This document shows, piece by piece, positions 8,133 to 17,093 of a DNA stretch of 64,000 nucleotides. A program made the position numbers and the translations under genes. The notes beneath the pieces were generated by a model. That model was not told the origin of the DNA. It saw nothing but the letters and a program-made list of their open reading frames with translations, and did no database searches. This DNA is from an uncultured virus (IMG/VR IMGVR_UViG_3300025154_000091) (taxonomy: Duplodnaviria; Heunggongvirae; Uroviricota; Caudoviricetes). The stretch is from the IMG/VR virus record IMGVR_UViG_3300025154_000091; one strand, written 5' to 3'. Numbering within the stretch: the stretch's first letter is position 1; each line of letters opens with the position of its first letter.

Positions 8133-9068
8133 CTACTGCATCATATGTCCGTAGTCTCTCCAGGCCTCGTCATCAGCCTGAGTTTTGAGTGCATCTTCGG
8201 CTGCCTTACGAGACGCTGCTGCTTTCTCCCTATTAGCTTTGATATTAGCTTGGGTGAGGTAAGCTGAGATAGTTGTCTTCATCCTGTTATGGATAGCTCC
8301 AGCTCTCTCAAGAGACTTCTTACACTCATCACAAATGATCATGATATCATCAGCAACACTATCCTGATAGGCGTTCATATCTTTGATCTGATGAATCTCA
8401 TTACAGTACTCACACATATCCCTTGTGTAGGCATTGATACTCCATGCTTCGGTGTTCGGCCTAGTTACTGGGAGGTTGTATGTCTTAGCACTATAGTACG
8501 TTTGAGTATAAATCTTCCTCTCCTTATAGGAATCATTACTCATCCAACACTTACCAAACCAATGACCCTTCTTCTTATTGTATATAGTGCAGTCACCCTC
8601 GATGTTCAGTACTGCCAGCTTAGATGCACCTATGAAGTCTTCAATAAGAGTAGCAATTGCACTATTGTACATCCACCCTTCAGGAAGTTCCCGAAGGATC
8701 TCTCTCTTGAACATTCGAGTATCTGACATAGTAGCATGTCGGGATACGCCACTGATGATTCCATTATGAATAAACACAGTATCATTATCAATCATAAAGG
8801 GATGACAGTTCGCTATATCCTTCTCACCATGAGTCTTGATTCTGAAGTGGATCAAGAATGGAGAGTCATTAGCTATACGAGTAGCCCTAAGGTACTGCTT
8901 ATAGAACGGCTCGAAGCTCATGTTCTTGTACATCTTAATCCTTTTGACACCCAGATGATCAGTATTAATATACGCAAAGCCAGCCCCATCCGGGTTATTA
9001 TTAAAGCAATTCTTCAACAGAACTTCACTAAGGAGCTCACCAGCTGGCTTGAAAATCGCAATACACAT
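8133..9068 (-). CDS. Class II (Ntn) glutamine amidotransferase
   Basis: N-terminal MC, NPDGAG, HFRIKTHG, NCHPF, HNG, SDT. Confidence 0.9.
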   Translation of the reverse strand: MCIAIFKPAGELLSEVLLKNCFNNNPDGAGFAYINTDHLGVKRIKMYKNMSFEPFYKQYLRATRIANDSPFLIHFRIKTHGEKDIANCHPFMIDNDTVFIHNGIISGVSRHATMSDTRMFKREILRELPEGWMYNSAIATLIEDFIGASKLAVLNIEGDCTIYNKKKGHWFGKCWMSNDSYKERKIYTQTYYSAKTYNLPVTRPNTEAWSINAYTRDMCEYCNEIHQIKDMNAYQDSVADDIMIICDECKKSLERAGAIHNRMKTTISAYLTQANIKANREKAAASRKAAEDALKTQADDEAWRDYGHMMQ

Positions 9069-9069
9069 A

Positions 9070-9218
9070 TTATATTCTCCTCTTTATCTTTAGCACTTTA
9101 TAGTAACCAACTTCCGGTACACACCTTGAGCAGCAGAGGATGAACCATATATATACTCATCCTCTTCTCCACTCCTGTCTCTAAAAGCAAAGTGTGTATG
9201 ATGTTTAATATCTTCCAT
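9070..9218 (-). pseudogene. Probable frameshifted LK[VI]RR-tail mini-gene
   Basis: Tail YYKVLKIKRRI* is one base out of frame with ATG at 9218 (149 nt). Confidence 0.5.
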
Positions 9219-9232
9219 ACAGTTATAACAGC

Positions 9233-11176
9233 TTATCGTCCATTATACTTCTGGACGAATGAGCTCCCATTAGGATAGATCTTGCTATTGCTCTCAATAA
9301 AATTCTTGAAGGCTGCGAGATCCTTAGAGAGATGGATAGGTACTTCCTTCTGGAAGGTGATCAAGGCATGAAGGAACTCTACCTTACTACGCAGCTCGAA
9401 CTCCTTAGTACAGCCAGCAAACAACCTGAACTCTACTGTGGTCCTGTTGGTCAGGTTGACCATGGCACGACGCTCAGTATTACCAGACTTACTATCCCTC
9501 AGGTGCTTAGAGGGTTTACTCTTCAGCTTAGCACAGTAACCATTGAAGCTACGACCAGCTATGTACGTGGTGAAGGTAGGGTTGGAGTGCAGAAAATTAA
9601 TAACCTTATACAGATGAACCTCAGAGATGAAAGAGTCGCGACCTATATGGATATGAAGGCCACAACTATCACTCTTCCTAATACCTTCAGGAAGAAGAGG
9701 ACCAAGATCCATTTTATGAAAGTACATCAGAGACATCGGTTGAGTGACAACCTCATATCCACTACCACTAATAGATCCATCACTCTTCGCTACAACTACT
9801 GTAGGGTCGTATACAGTGTACATCTCAGCCAATCTCTTATTCATCTTACTACTATCGGATGAGAACGTACATTCATTCTCAAACCCGAAGAAGATATTAC
9901 CACGCTTGATCTCCTTCTCCTTGTTATAGTTGAAGAAGACTCGAGGTTTATGACTATAGTTATAGATACCCATACCACCACACACCCTACAGTTGTGCCT
10001 CTCATCCTTAATCCTACCGCAACTGCTGCAGGAGTTGGTGACGTAAACCTTCTTGCAGATCTCGCACATATCTCCTGATCCAGAGGAGAGGGTGGAACAA
10101 CTGGAGCACTCCTTACCTGAAGCACACCGAGAGCACACTGTATGCACCCTCATAGTTCCTTTCACATACTTCTTAACCTTCGAGACACACTCCTTCTGGC
10201 AGCAATCGCAGGTGAAGAGAGTCTTTGTAGCACAGGAATCACACATAGTGTTCCTAACCATGCTTCCAGAGTCATCCAGATATTCTCGGAGCCTAATATG
10301 TGGGTGCTTGGTGTTACATACCGCGCAAGTCTCGAAAAAATCCCAACAACGAGGACAGTACTTCTTCGGAGATCCCTGATCTGCTGTGTAGCTATAGTTC
10401 TTACCACAATGCTCACACTGTTCGATCTCATAGAGCTTGAAGGCATTCTTCTTAGCCTCGAAGCATTCTTTACATACAGACTGTCCATACTTTCTGAAGA
10501 TACCAGCTCTGCGCATACCCTCAAGAGAATTGGCTGAGATGATATCATCTTTCTTCTTATAAGTGCTGCAACAACCACACAGCTTATAGTTCTTGGTAAG
10601 GCAGGTAGAACATATCTTCCTTCCATTAACATCTTTGATAGCATTGGAGGGCTTCTGAGTTCCACAATCCTCACAGACTGCAAAGTCAGTCATGCAGCTA
10701 CGACAATAGTGATCTCCGTTTCCAGTGTGAGTAGTCTCAGATGCAAGGACTGCATGCTGACAACCAGAACACACCTTCAGAAGTGCATAGCACCTCTCAC
10801 AATACGGACCAATCTCTACCTCAGGATAGTCCTCATTATAAAGGACAACGCGAAAGTTAGGATCGGTGATTTCAGCATGACAATTCAAACAAGGGCAGGG
10901 AGTAGGCATAGTAATAGTTTCCTTTTTGGTTAAGTAAGTGTATTCTCCGGGATAAACGTGCGCATCTGACCCATCAGTTCCGTAACATTGTATAACTTCA
11001 TCATCTTCAAGATTATAATCTTCATCTCCAATACCATCTCTCCAACCGTCGTCGTTCCAACTACACGGAACTATGTTCCTGACAATATCGAATTGGTATG
11101 GTGGGAAGTTGTATTCTCTACCAGATTCACCAACAATCAGTAGTATATCACCAAAATCTGGTATTCTATTACTCAT
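9233..11176 (-). CDS. Putative amidoligase (COOH-NH2 ligase family) with a long CxxC array
   Basis: FGFENE, DGS..GYEVVT, CGLHIH, TVEFR; about 18 CxxC motifs upstream. Confidence 0.85.
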   Translation of the reverse strand: MSNRIPDFGDILLIVGESGREYNFPPYQFDIVRNIVPCSWNDDGWRDGIGDEDYNLEDDEVIQCYGTDGSDAHVYPGEYTYLTKKETITMPTPCPCLNCHAEITDPNFRVVLYNEDYPEVEIGPYCERCYALLKVCSGCQHAVLASETTHTGNGDHYCRSCMTDFAVCEDCGTQKPSNAIKDVNGRKICSTCLTKNYKLCGCCSTYKKKDDIISANSLEGMRRAGIFRKYGQSVCKECFEAKKNAFKLYEIEQCEHCGKNYSYTADQGSPKKYCPRCWDFFETCAVCNTKHPHIRLREYLDDSGSMVRNTMCDSCATKTLFTCDCCQKECVSKVKKYVKGTMRVHTVCSRCASGKECSSCSTLSSGSGDMCEICKKVYVTNSCSSCGRIKDERHNCRVCGGMGIYNYSHKPRVFFNYNKEKEIKRGNIFFGFENECTFSSDSSKMNKRLAEMYTVYDPTVVVAKSDGSISGSGYEVVTQPMSLMYFHKMDLGPLLPEGIRKSDSCGLHIHIGRDSFISEVHLYKVINFLHSNPTFTTYIAGRSFNGYCAKLKSKPSKHLRDSKSGNTERRAMVNLTNRTTVEFRLFAGCTKEFELRSKVEFLHALITFQKEVPIHLSKDLAAFKNFIESNSKIYPNGSSFVQKYNGR

Positions 11177-11430
11177 AGCACTCTCTTCACTCTCAGAGGT
11201 ACAGCATTATCTAATCGGATTCCCCAATCGTTGTGGTGATCTGAGTATCTGTAGAATCTTAATGAAGATACTGTGCTAAAACCAGGATCATCATCATCGT
11301 CATCACCGTCTAATAGATGAGATACACACACCCTTCTAGATAAATAATTCATATTCTCCACCCATCTCCACCCTTCAGGGGAATTAGGAGTAGATGAATC
11401 TTTCCAAGAGTTTCCTATGAAATAGAGCAC
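11173..11430 (-). CDS. LK[VI]RR-tail mini-protein, 85 aa
   Basis: YFIGNSW...MNYLSRRV...VPLRVKRVL*. Confidence 0.75.
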   Translation of the reverse strand: MLYFIGNSWKDSSTPNSPEGWRWVENMNYLSRRVCVSHLLDGDDDDDDPGFSTVSSLRFYRYSDHHNDWGIRLDNAVPLRVKRVL

Positions 11431-11431
11431 A

Positions 11432-11647
11432 TTATATTCTCCTTTTTAATGTTAGTTTTATAGCCTCATCATAATCTACATACCAACTTCCGGATCTCTC
11501 TACAAAAGACACCTCATCGTCATCTAGATAAGAGGTAATCACCGCTCTAGATAAGTGGTTCATGCCTGGAACCCAAGATCCATCGTAGTAATCTTCTAGA
11601 TCTTCCTCCAACCAAGAGTTCCCTATAAAGTACTGTAGGGAGTCCAT
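11432..11647 (-). CDS. LK[VI]RR-tail mini-protein, 71 aa; tandem paralog of the previous gene
   Basis: YFIGNSW...MNHLSRAV...IKLTLKRRI*. Confidence 0.75.
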   Translation of the reverse strand: MDSLQYFIGNSWLEEDLEDYYDGSWVPGMNHLSRAVITSYLDDDEVSFVERSGSWYVDYDEAIKLTLKRRI

Positions 11648-11832
11648 TATATTACCCTAGCCAATCTCCCCTTATCGGTGATTACTTCAAGAGGTTTAAA
11701 CATCTTAGCCACCTCACCGTTCATGAGGTACAAAGTTCCAACAACCCCATGTACAGAGTCCTCAGCCGCTTTAGTCACTCCCTCCATCATTCTCTCAGAG
11801 AAGATGAGGTACTCACAGTACTTACAGTTCAT
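11647..11832 (-). CDS. Hypothetical protein
   Basis: Coupled ORF lacking the family tail. Confidence 0.6.
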   Translation of the reverse strand: MNCKYCEYLIFSERMMEGVTKAAEDSVHGVVGTLYLMNGEVAKMFKPLEVITDKGRLARVI

Positions 11833-12011
11833 ATCTTTCTCCTAATTTTAAAGATTGTAAATCTATAATGTTCATAGCCCTCTGATTGTACCCTACCACT
11901 GGACAGATTAAGTAATCTCACCTCTCTACTATCTCTATCGATAAAACAGAAGCTTTGTATGTAGAGATCTAAGGTGGTATCACAACTTTTGTATATAGCT
12001 ATCTCCCACAC
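11829..12011 (-). CDS. LK[VI]RR-tail mini-protein, 60 aa
   Basis: MWEIAIYK...FCFI...TIFKIRRKI*. Confidence 0.75.
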   Translation of the reverse strand: MWEIAIYKSCDTTLDLYIQSFCFIDRDSREVRLLNLSSGRVQSEGYEHYRFTIFKIRRKI

Positions 12012-12220
12012 TATAGCACCCTCCTCACCTTCAAGATAGTATAGAATCTCTCTAGGTCGTTCTTAGGGTAGATAGTATAATTCTCACAGAGTCCGTCTCC
12101 CGGTCTGTGATCCCAACCTCTAAACTTAACTTCAAGATTTTCTGTATTTATTAGGCAGAAGCACCCTTCAAAAATGTCAGTAGTACCTACACCGTACTTG
12201 TAGAAACTGAACTCCCACAT
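12011..12220 (-). CDS. LK[VI]RR-tail mini-protein, 69 aa; tandem paralog of the previous gene
   Basis: MWEFSFYK...FCLI...TILKVRRVL*. Confidence 0.75.
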   Translation of the reverse strand: MWEFSFYKYGVGTTDIFEGCFCLINTENLEVKFRGWDHRPGDGLCENYTIYPKNDLERFYTILKVRRVL

Positions 12221-13008
12221 TATTCATTAGCTGCCCTAATAACAGCTTCCACATAAGCCTCCAGCGTAGCACCTTCAAGTCCAGGAGCTGTGTTAATCTC
12301 GAATATCTTCACAGAGTTAGCGCTTAATGCAGCATCAACAGCACCAAACATAAGACCTAAAGCACCTACAGCAGCTATAGCAACTTGTTTTTCCTCATCT
12401 GGAATAGAGACTCCTTCACGGGCAAAAACCCACCCGTTTCCATGGGATCGCACATCATTGCTATAAGTGATTCCATCTTCAGCAAGACGCTCTTCACTCA
12501 TCTTCTTTTTCTGGGCAAAGGAGATAATCTCACTATTGAACACATGAATACGAACCTCTCTACGTCGAGGACATTTTCCAGTGTAGAGAGGTGCATCTAC
12601 CACCTCATCAACAGTATTAGCTACAACGATACCACGACCCTGAGAGGCCCGAATCAGAGTCCGACAATATACTGTAATGCCTGAAGCTGCCCACTCTTGG
12701 GCCTCCCTTTGATCAGTAGTAAACTTTGGAATATTATTTTCCATGCCAGACTCTTTCAGTTTCTGGAAGGTCTTAATCTTGTCACTCGCAATCTGAACTG
12801 CAAAGGGATCATTGATCATGTGGAACTGCGTATCAACAGATCTCCGTGAGTGGCAACCCCAGTTGAGGATGAGGTGATTGTTAGAACCCCTATAGGTGCT
12901 CCCCTCATACTTCAACCTTTTTACGTTAGCACCTCTCTCACGAAGAGCAGCAATAAGAGAGGTTACAGAGTCTGAAGGGCCGTAGGGGTTAATTCTTATG
13001 GGTCTCAT
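12220..13008 (-). CDS. ATP-grasp enzyme (RimK-like, phiEco32-type)
   Basis: LILNWG, ASDK, EVRIHVF, NGWVF, FGAVD, FEINTAPG. Confidence 0.9.
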   Translation of the reverse strand: MRPIRINPYGPSDSVTSLIAALRERGANVKRLKYEGSTYRGSNNHLILNWGCHSRRSVDTQFHMINDPFAVQIASDKIKTFQKLKESGMENNIPKFTTDQREAQEWAASGITVYCRTLIRASQGRGIVVANTVDEVVDAPLYTGKCPRRREVRIHVFNSEIISFAQKKKMSEERLAEDGITYSNDVRSHGNGWVFAREGVSIPDEEKQVAIAAVGALGLMFGAVDAALSANSVKIFEINTAPGLEGATLEAYVEAVIRAANE

Positions 13009-13196
13009 TTGTACGTCTCCTTACATTTGTTTGGTTTGAAATAAGTATTGGACTTCTCGTGAAATAGATTTCCTTTTATTATCATATCAATATGAGGGTT
13101 TACACATCTTACACAGCCATGATATAATATTTGCATAAAACAACAAGGTCTACAAGTATCACCTTCAGGAATATCTATAGGTATAAGGTGCTTCAT
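13005..13196 (-). CDS. Hypothetical Cys-rich protein
   Basis: SD GGAG; coupled to the ATP-grasp gene. Confidence 0.55.
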   Translation of the reverse strand: MKHLIPIDIPEGDTCRPCCFMQILYHGCVRCVNPHIDMIIKGNLFHEKSNTYFKPNKCKETYK

Positions 13197-13348
13197 AAAG
13201 ATTCTCCATCATTTTAGGTGTTTGGAACCCGATGTAGGGTCTATGTAGGGTGCTATAGCTATCCCTTCAGGTTGATAATCGGTTTAATGTGTGCAACTAC
13301 ATCTACCAGATCTTTCTGCATCTCCAGTCTTAAGGTCACACATATTCT

Positions 13349-13555
13349 CTACCTCTCATATTTATCAAACTGGTCTGAAACATACTCATCGATTACGCCC
13401 TCCTCTGCATCACAAGGTAAAGGGGGTTCGGTATCTGGCCACCTAGCTTCAGAGGGTGGATACTTACACTTAAGGCACTCTATCCTGTAATCAACCTTTA
13501 TACACACAATATCTCCTTTATAGTTTAAAATGGACGAGGATGCCTCTAAAATCAA
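13349..13555 (-). CDS. Hypothetical protein
   Basis: ORF track; same strand as neighbours. Confidence 0.45.
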   Translation of the reverse strand: MILEASSSILNYKGDIVCIKVDYRIECLKCKYPPSEARWPDTEPPLPCDAEEGVIDEYVSDQFDKYER

Positions 13556-13580
13556 CGATCACCTATAGGGCTATAGGATG

Positions 13581-13710
13581 CTATAGGTCTTCCTCCGCTT
13601 TACCACATATAGGACAATGAGGCTCCGTATAGGTGCAACCACAATAGCTGCACTTCTTAGGAGTTGCAAAAAAAAAAAACTATCGGTATAATTTCGTTCA
13701 TGATTTTCAT
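13581..13710 (-). pseudogene. Zinc-ribbon mini-gene frameshifted at a T12 tract
   Basis: With T11 it reads ...KKCSYCGCTYTEPHCPICG; paralog at 49760-49849. Confidence 0.55.
13689..13709 (+). repeat. 21-bp repeat TAATTTCGTTCATGATTTTCA (also 18068-18088; 14-bp inverted core at 13991-14004)
   Basis: Direct comparison. Confidence 0.8.
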
Positions 13711-14033
13711 AGTTGTATTGTTTTTAATATAAGATTCTCAAGAATGCTAAATATGCTTTGATTGATAGAACTAACAAGATTATCACTAATATGCTGTAGA
13801 TTATTTTCATGGTATATCCCTTCGTATAATAATCCCTAAGAATATTGTTCCAAACTGAAAACCATACAGCCTTGCATAGTATAGGTTATTAAATACATAT
13901 CTTCCGTACATATCTAATGCTACGCCTCTACTAGTCATTACGTACCTCCGCTTTAATCCAAAATGGAGTTTCATTTCATCTCCTTGTAGTAAATCATGAA
14001 CGAATCACTATTATACCCATTAAACATACAGGC

Positions 14034-14181
14034 ATAATAGCACCTACAAGAGTTCAATTATGTGCTTGAAGACTTGTAGGTGCTATTATTACTATAGTAA
14101 GAACTAAGAATAAAATAAATAAACGAACCTATAGAGCTATATGTCTGTAAGCACCTATAAGATTAGATGGTGCTTACAGAC
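14034..14181. repeat. Two long inverted repeats (17-bp and 13-bp perfect arms), both containing AGCACC
   Basis: 14034-14050/14073-14089 and 14143-14155/14169-14181. Confidence 0.8.
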
Positions 14182-14219
14182 CTATAGATTCTTATAGATA
14201 GTACATTTAGCCACCTGGC

Positions 14220-14235
14220 CTATCGGCTATATAGT
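14220..14235 (-). promoter_or_regulatory. ACTATATAG-N3-ATAG motif facing the replication operon
   Basis: ACTATATAGCCGATAG, the same 16-mer as 18091-18106. Confidence 0.65.
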
Positions 14236-14311
14236 AGACTTAATATTGATCTCAGATTTCTTAATCATACTAGATATGTAGATATACTGATAGGGTTCTA
14301 GCAACCCTACT

Positions 14312-14320
14312 ACTATATAG
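14312..14320 (+). promoter_or_regulatory. ACTATATAG motif upstream of the HNH gene
   Basis: 33 nt before the ATG. Confidence 0.55.
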
Positions 14321-14353
14321 TCATTAAGATAAACAATTAAAAGGAGAGTAAAA

Positions 14354-14917
14354 ATGGATGACCAAACTAAAAAAGAGAAAGCAGCTGCTTATTATAAAAC
14401 TTATAATGAGGTTCATAAGGAAGAAATAGCTGCACGTAGAAAGGTTTATAGAGAGGTTAATAGGGAGAAAATTTTAGAGAGTAAGAAATCATACAGAGAA
14501 TACAATAAGGAAGAAGTAGCTGCTAGAAAGAAAGAGTATAGGAGATTGAATAAAGAGAAGGTTGCTGAGGCGAGTAAAAAGTATCGTTTATCTAACCCTG
14601 AAAAGGTAAAAGCTTGGGAAAAAGAGTGGAGAGCTATCCCTACTAATGTTGTAAAATCTAGAGCTGGACAGATTAAAAGTAGATACGGTATTAGTATGGA
14701 AGATTTATCTAATATGCTTGACGAACAAAAAGGGTGCTGCAAGGTTTGTGGAGATAGTTTAATCTATCCAGACTCGAAAGTGGGGTATAGGATTGACCAT
14801 TGCCACACTACAGGAAAGGTTAGAGGCCTCCTTTGTCACAATTGCAACATAGCTCTAGGGCATCTTAAAGATAATATAGACACCCTAGAGCGTATGATTG
14901 ACTATCTCAAGGCTTAG
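14354..14917 (+). CDS. Endonuclease VII-type HNH endonuclease, antisense to its neighbours
   Basis: About 15-aa basic helical repeats; IDHCHTTGKVRGLLCHNCN; SD AAGGAG. Confidence 0.9.
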   Translation: MDDQTKKEKAAAYYKTYNEVHKEEIAARRKVYREVNREKILESKKSYREYNKEEVAARKKEYRRLNKEKVAEASKKYRLSNPEKVKAWEKEWRAIPTNVVKSRAGQIKSRYGISMEDLSNMLDEQKGCCKVCGDSLIYPDSKVGYRIDHCHTTGKVRGLLCHNCNIALGHLKDNIDTLERMIDYLKA

Positions 14918-15252
14918 CTTTCAGAGATCTATCCCTATAAGCTGCAGCCAATACCGAAGCTAACCGAACCTTCAACGGCCTCTGGACATACTGTCTCTTT
15001 ACTATAGGCTTTGAGGTGCTTTTAATCAATTCAGGTACGAACTGTACAAATCCAACAATCTTAGCACTCATGGTTGTATCTCCTTTACTAGAGTTTGGAA
15101 CTATTTCTTCTTTATCTCAACTACAGCCTTCTTAGTTTCTACCACCTTAGTGCAACAGGTGCAGCGAGCACCTTTATTGCAAAGGTTGAATACACGAATA
15201 CCCTTACCATGCATCTTGTCCTGTGAAACATGAACACAATCACAATGTCGTT

Positions 15253-15447
15253 TCATTTGATATTGTTCCTCCTTGTAATGTTTTTAATTTCTGACCAGAG
15301 AAGATCTGCTTTCTCTTTGCTTGTTGAAACGATTGTATGCACAAAATCTCCTCTAACACTCTCAATTGAGATAACTACACCAGCTCTCTCAATACTAGTG
15401 CCTGAAAGGTCTATAATATGATTATCTCGTACCAGAAAGCAGCTCAT
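15253..15447 (-). CDS. Hypothetical early protein
   Basis: ORF track. Confidence 0.5.
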   Translation of the reverse strand: MSCFLVRDNHIIDLSGTSIERAGVVISIESVRGDFVHTIVSTSKEKADLLWSEIKNITRRNNIK

Positions 15448-15609
15448 AAGATTAGCCTCTTACCATGTTTTTCATAGAAGATATCATCAAGGATCTCCAT
15501 CCGCCTAATAGCCAGATCAATAAACTCTTGACGCTCTTCCTCAGTGAACTCATCAAGCCTGTTCAACTCTTCAATACGAACTTCAACCTCTTGTAATGAT
15601 AATTCATTA

Positions 15610-15885
15610 TCAGTCAATTACACCGTTCTCCTTCAAATAGGACATCTCTTTATCTGATACTGGGCTAAAGATCCACCAGAACATTTTTATAGTGTAGCAA
15701 CCATCTACTACCCTATTCATAATATACTGGAAGTTAACCCAACCATCCTTTAATTCTGTTACTTGTACTATATGGTGCTTGTTCTTCAACCAAGGATCTA
15801 AGGGTGTTCCCTCGAACCTATAGTATCCTCCAACATTCGGAGGTTTCTTTAGGGCTGAGTACAAGACCATTCTCCGCATACTCAT
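15610..15885 (-). CDS. Hypothetical early protein
   Basis: SD GGAG; ORF track. Confidence 0.6.
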   Translation of the reverse strand: MSMRRMVLYSALKKPPNVGGYYRFEGTPLDPWLKNKHHIVQVTELKDGWVNFQYIMNRVVDGCYTIKMFWWIFSPVSDKEMSYLKENGVID

Positions 15886-15910
15886 AACATAATCTCCAAT
15901 CTTGAAAGGT

Positions 15911-15985
15911 TGGTACTCCCAATGAGAATCGAACTCATATAACTCGCTTATAAGGCAAGCCCTCTAACCATCGAGGTATGGGAGT
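15911..15985 (-). tRNA. tRNA-Ile, anticodon UAU
   Basis: Acceptor ACTCCCA/TGGGAGT, anticodon arm CTTGC-CTTATAA-GCGAG, TTCGATT loop, encoded CCA. Confidence 0.9.
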
Positions 15986-15996
15986 ACATTTAGAAC

Positions 15997-16179
15997 CTAT
16001 AGGACTATGAGTCCTTTTCTGTAAAACTCACTCTTTAAACTACTACGTTCATTCACAGCTTGATCATATCCAGAGGCCTTGATATCAACCTCTTGACGAA
16101 CTAAACGTCTTCCAATAACATCATCTCTCTTGACAATTACTATCGTCCTCTTTGCAGGTAATACTATCTTCTTTTTCAT
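15997..16179 (-). CDS. Hypothetical basic protein
   Basis: SD GAGG; ORF track. Confidence 0.55.
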   Translation of the reverse strand: MKKKIVLPAKRTIVIVKRDDVIGRRLVRQEVDIKASGYDQAVNERSSLKSEFYRKGLIVL

Positions 16180-16493
16180 AATATCCTCTCGATTTTAACT
16201 CTTTAAAGTACTCTCCACCACAAAGCACATTCCAACATAATGGGTCTTTGTATAGAGAACATCTTTCACAAATAAGCTCAAAACTTTCTCCGAATACGTG
16301 TGACATAGATATAAAAACCTGTTAGCACCTACTCGAACAATTCTCATAAAACCTCCTACTTTGATTTTACAGCCTAATATGAACCTCTCAGCACCCATTT
16401 TGAGAGGTTCAAATTAATCAGTAAGTCGAGGGTAACAAGCGCCTATCAGTCTCCAGGAGATCCAATCCACCTGACAGGTGCTTGTTGAGAGAG

Positions 16494-17093
16494 TTAATTG
16501 ATTACTGCTACCATCTCAGCGGGCTGCATGGGGATAATCGCTTCCGGGGCTGCAATGATTTCGTCGGTCTGGCCAAGGGCGATCATCAATTCATTGAACT
16601 CAGTGACACATCCCTTTTCCTCAGCGATCTTACCAAGGACCGAGTAATTCGACTGAATAATCATAGTCACCTGTTCAATACACAGGTTTTCCAAGACAGG
16701 TGCTGTAAGAACAACTTCCTTACCTTTCCTCAAGATAGTCTTTTTCTTCGGATCTGCTGCAACATGCTTAAGCTGCTTAATGCCCTTCAAGGTATCATAG
16801 TCACTGTAAGTCGTGTTAGCGAACTTCAGGAACTTCTGAAGGGATACATACCATGCTTTCATGGAAATCTCTTCCTCACGGATACCAGCTCTCCAGAGGC
16901 CAATCTCAGAGGCCCTATTCATCATAAACTTCTGAATGTCTTTGAAAGCAACCCCCTTTGCACGAAGCCTTGCAAGAAGCTGAATATTGAGCTTACGAGC
17001 ACTCACATAATGCCTTGAAGCATCTGCAAGAAGGCCGAAAAGATTGTCCGAGCATTCAAACATGACAATTGAAGTATTATTCGTTTTAGTCAT
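16494..17093 (-). CDS. Hypothetical protein, first gene of the leftward early arm
   Basis: SD GAGGTG; 199 aa. Confidence 0.75.
   Translation of the reverse strand: MTKTNNTSIVMFECSDNLFGLLADASRHYVSARKLNIQLLARLRAKGVAFKDIQKFMMNRASEIGLWRAGIREEEISMKAWYVSLQKFLKFANTTYSDYDTLKGIKQLKHVAADPKKKTILRKGKEVVLTAPVLENLCIEQVTMIIQSNYSVLGKIAEEKGCVTEFNELMIALGQTDEIIAAPEAIIPMQPAEMVAVIN

Noticed and set aside
86..12220. Mini-gene arrays as integron cassettes, CRISPR or DGR products
   Set aside because: No integrase, attC-like palindromes, identical repeats or reverse transcriptase are visible.
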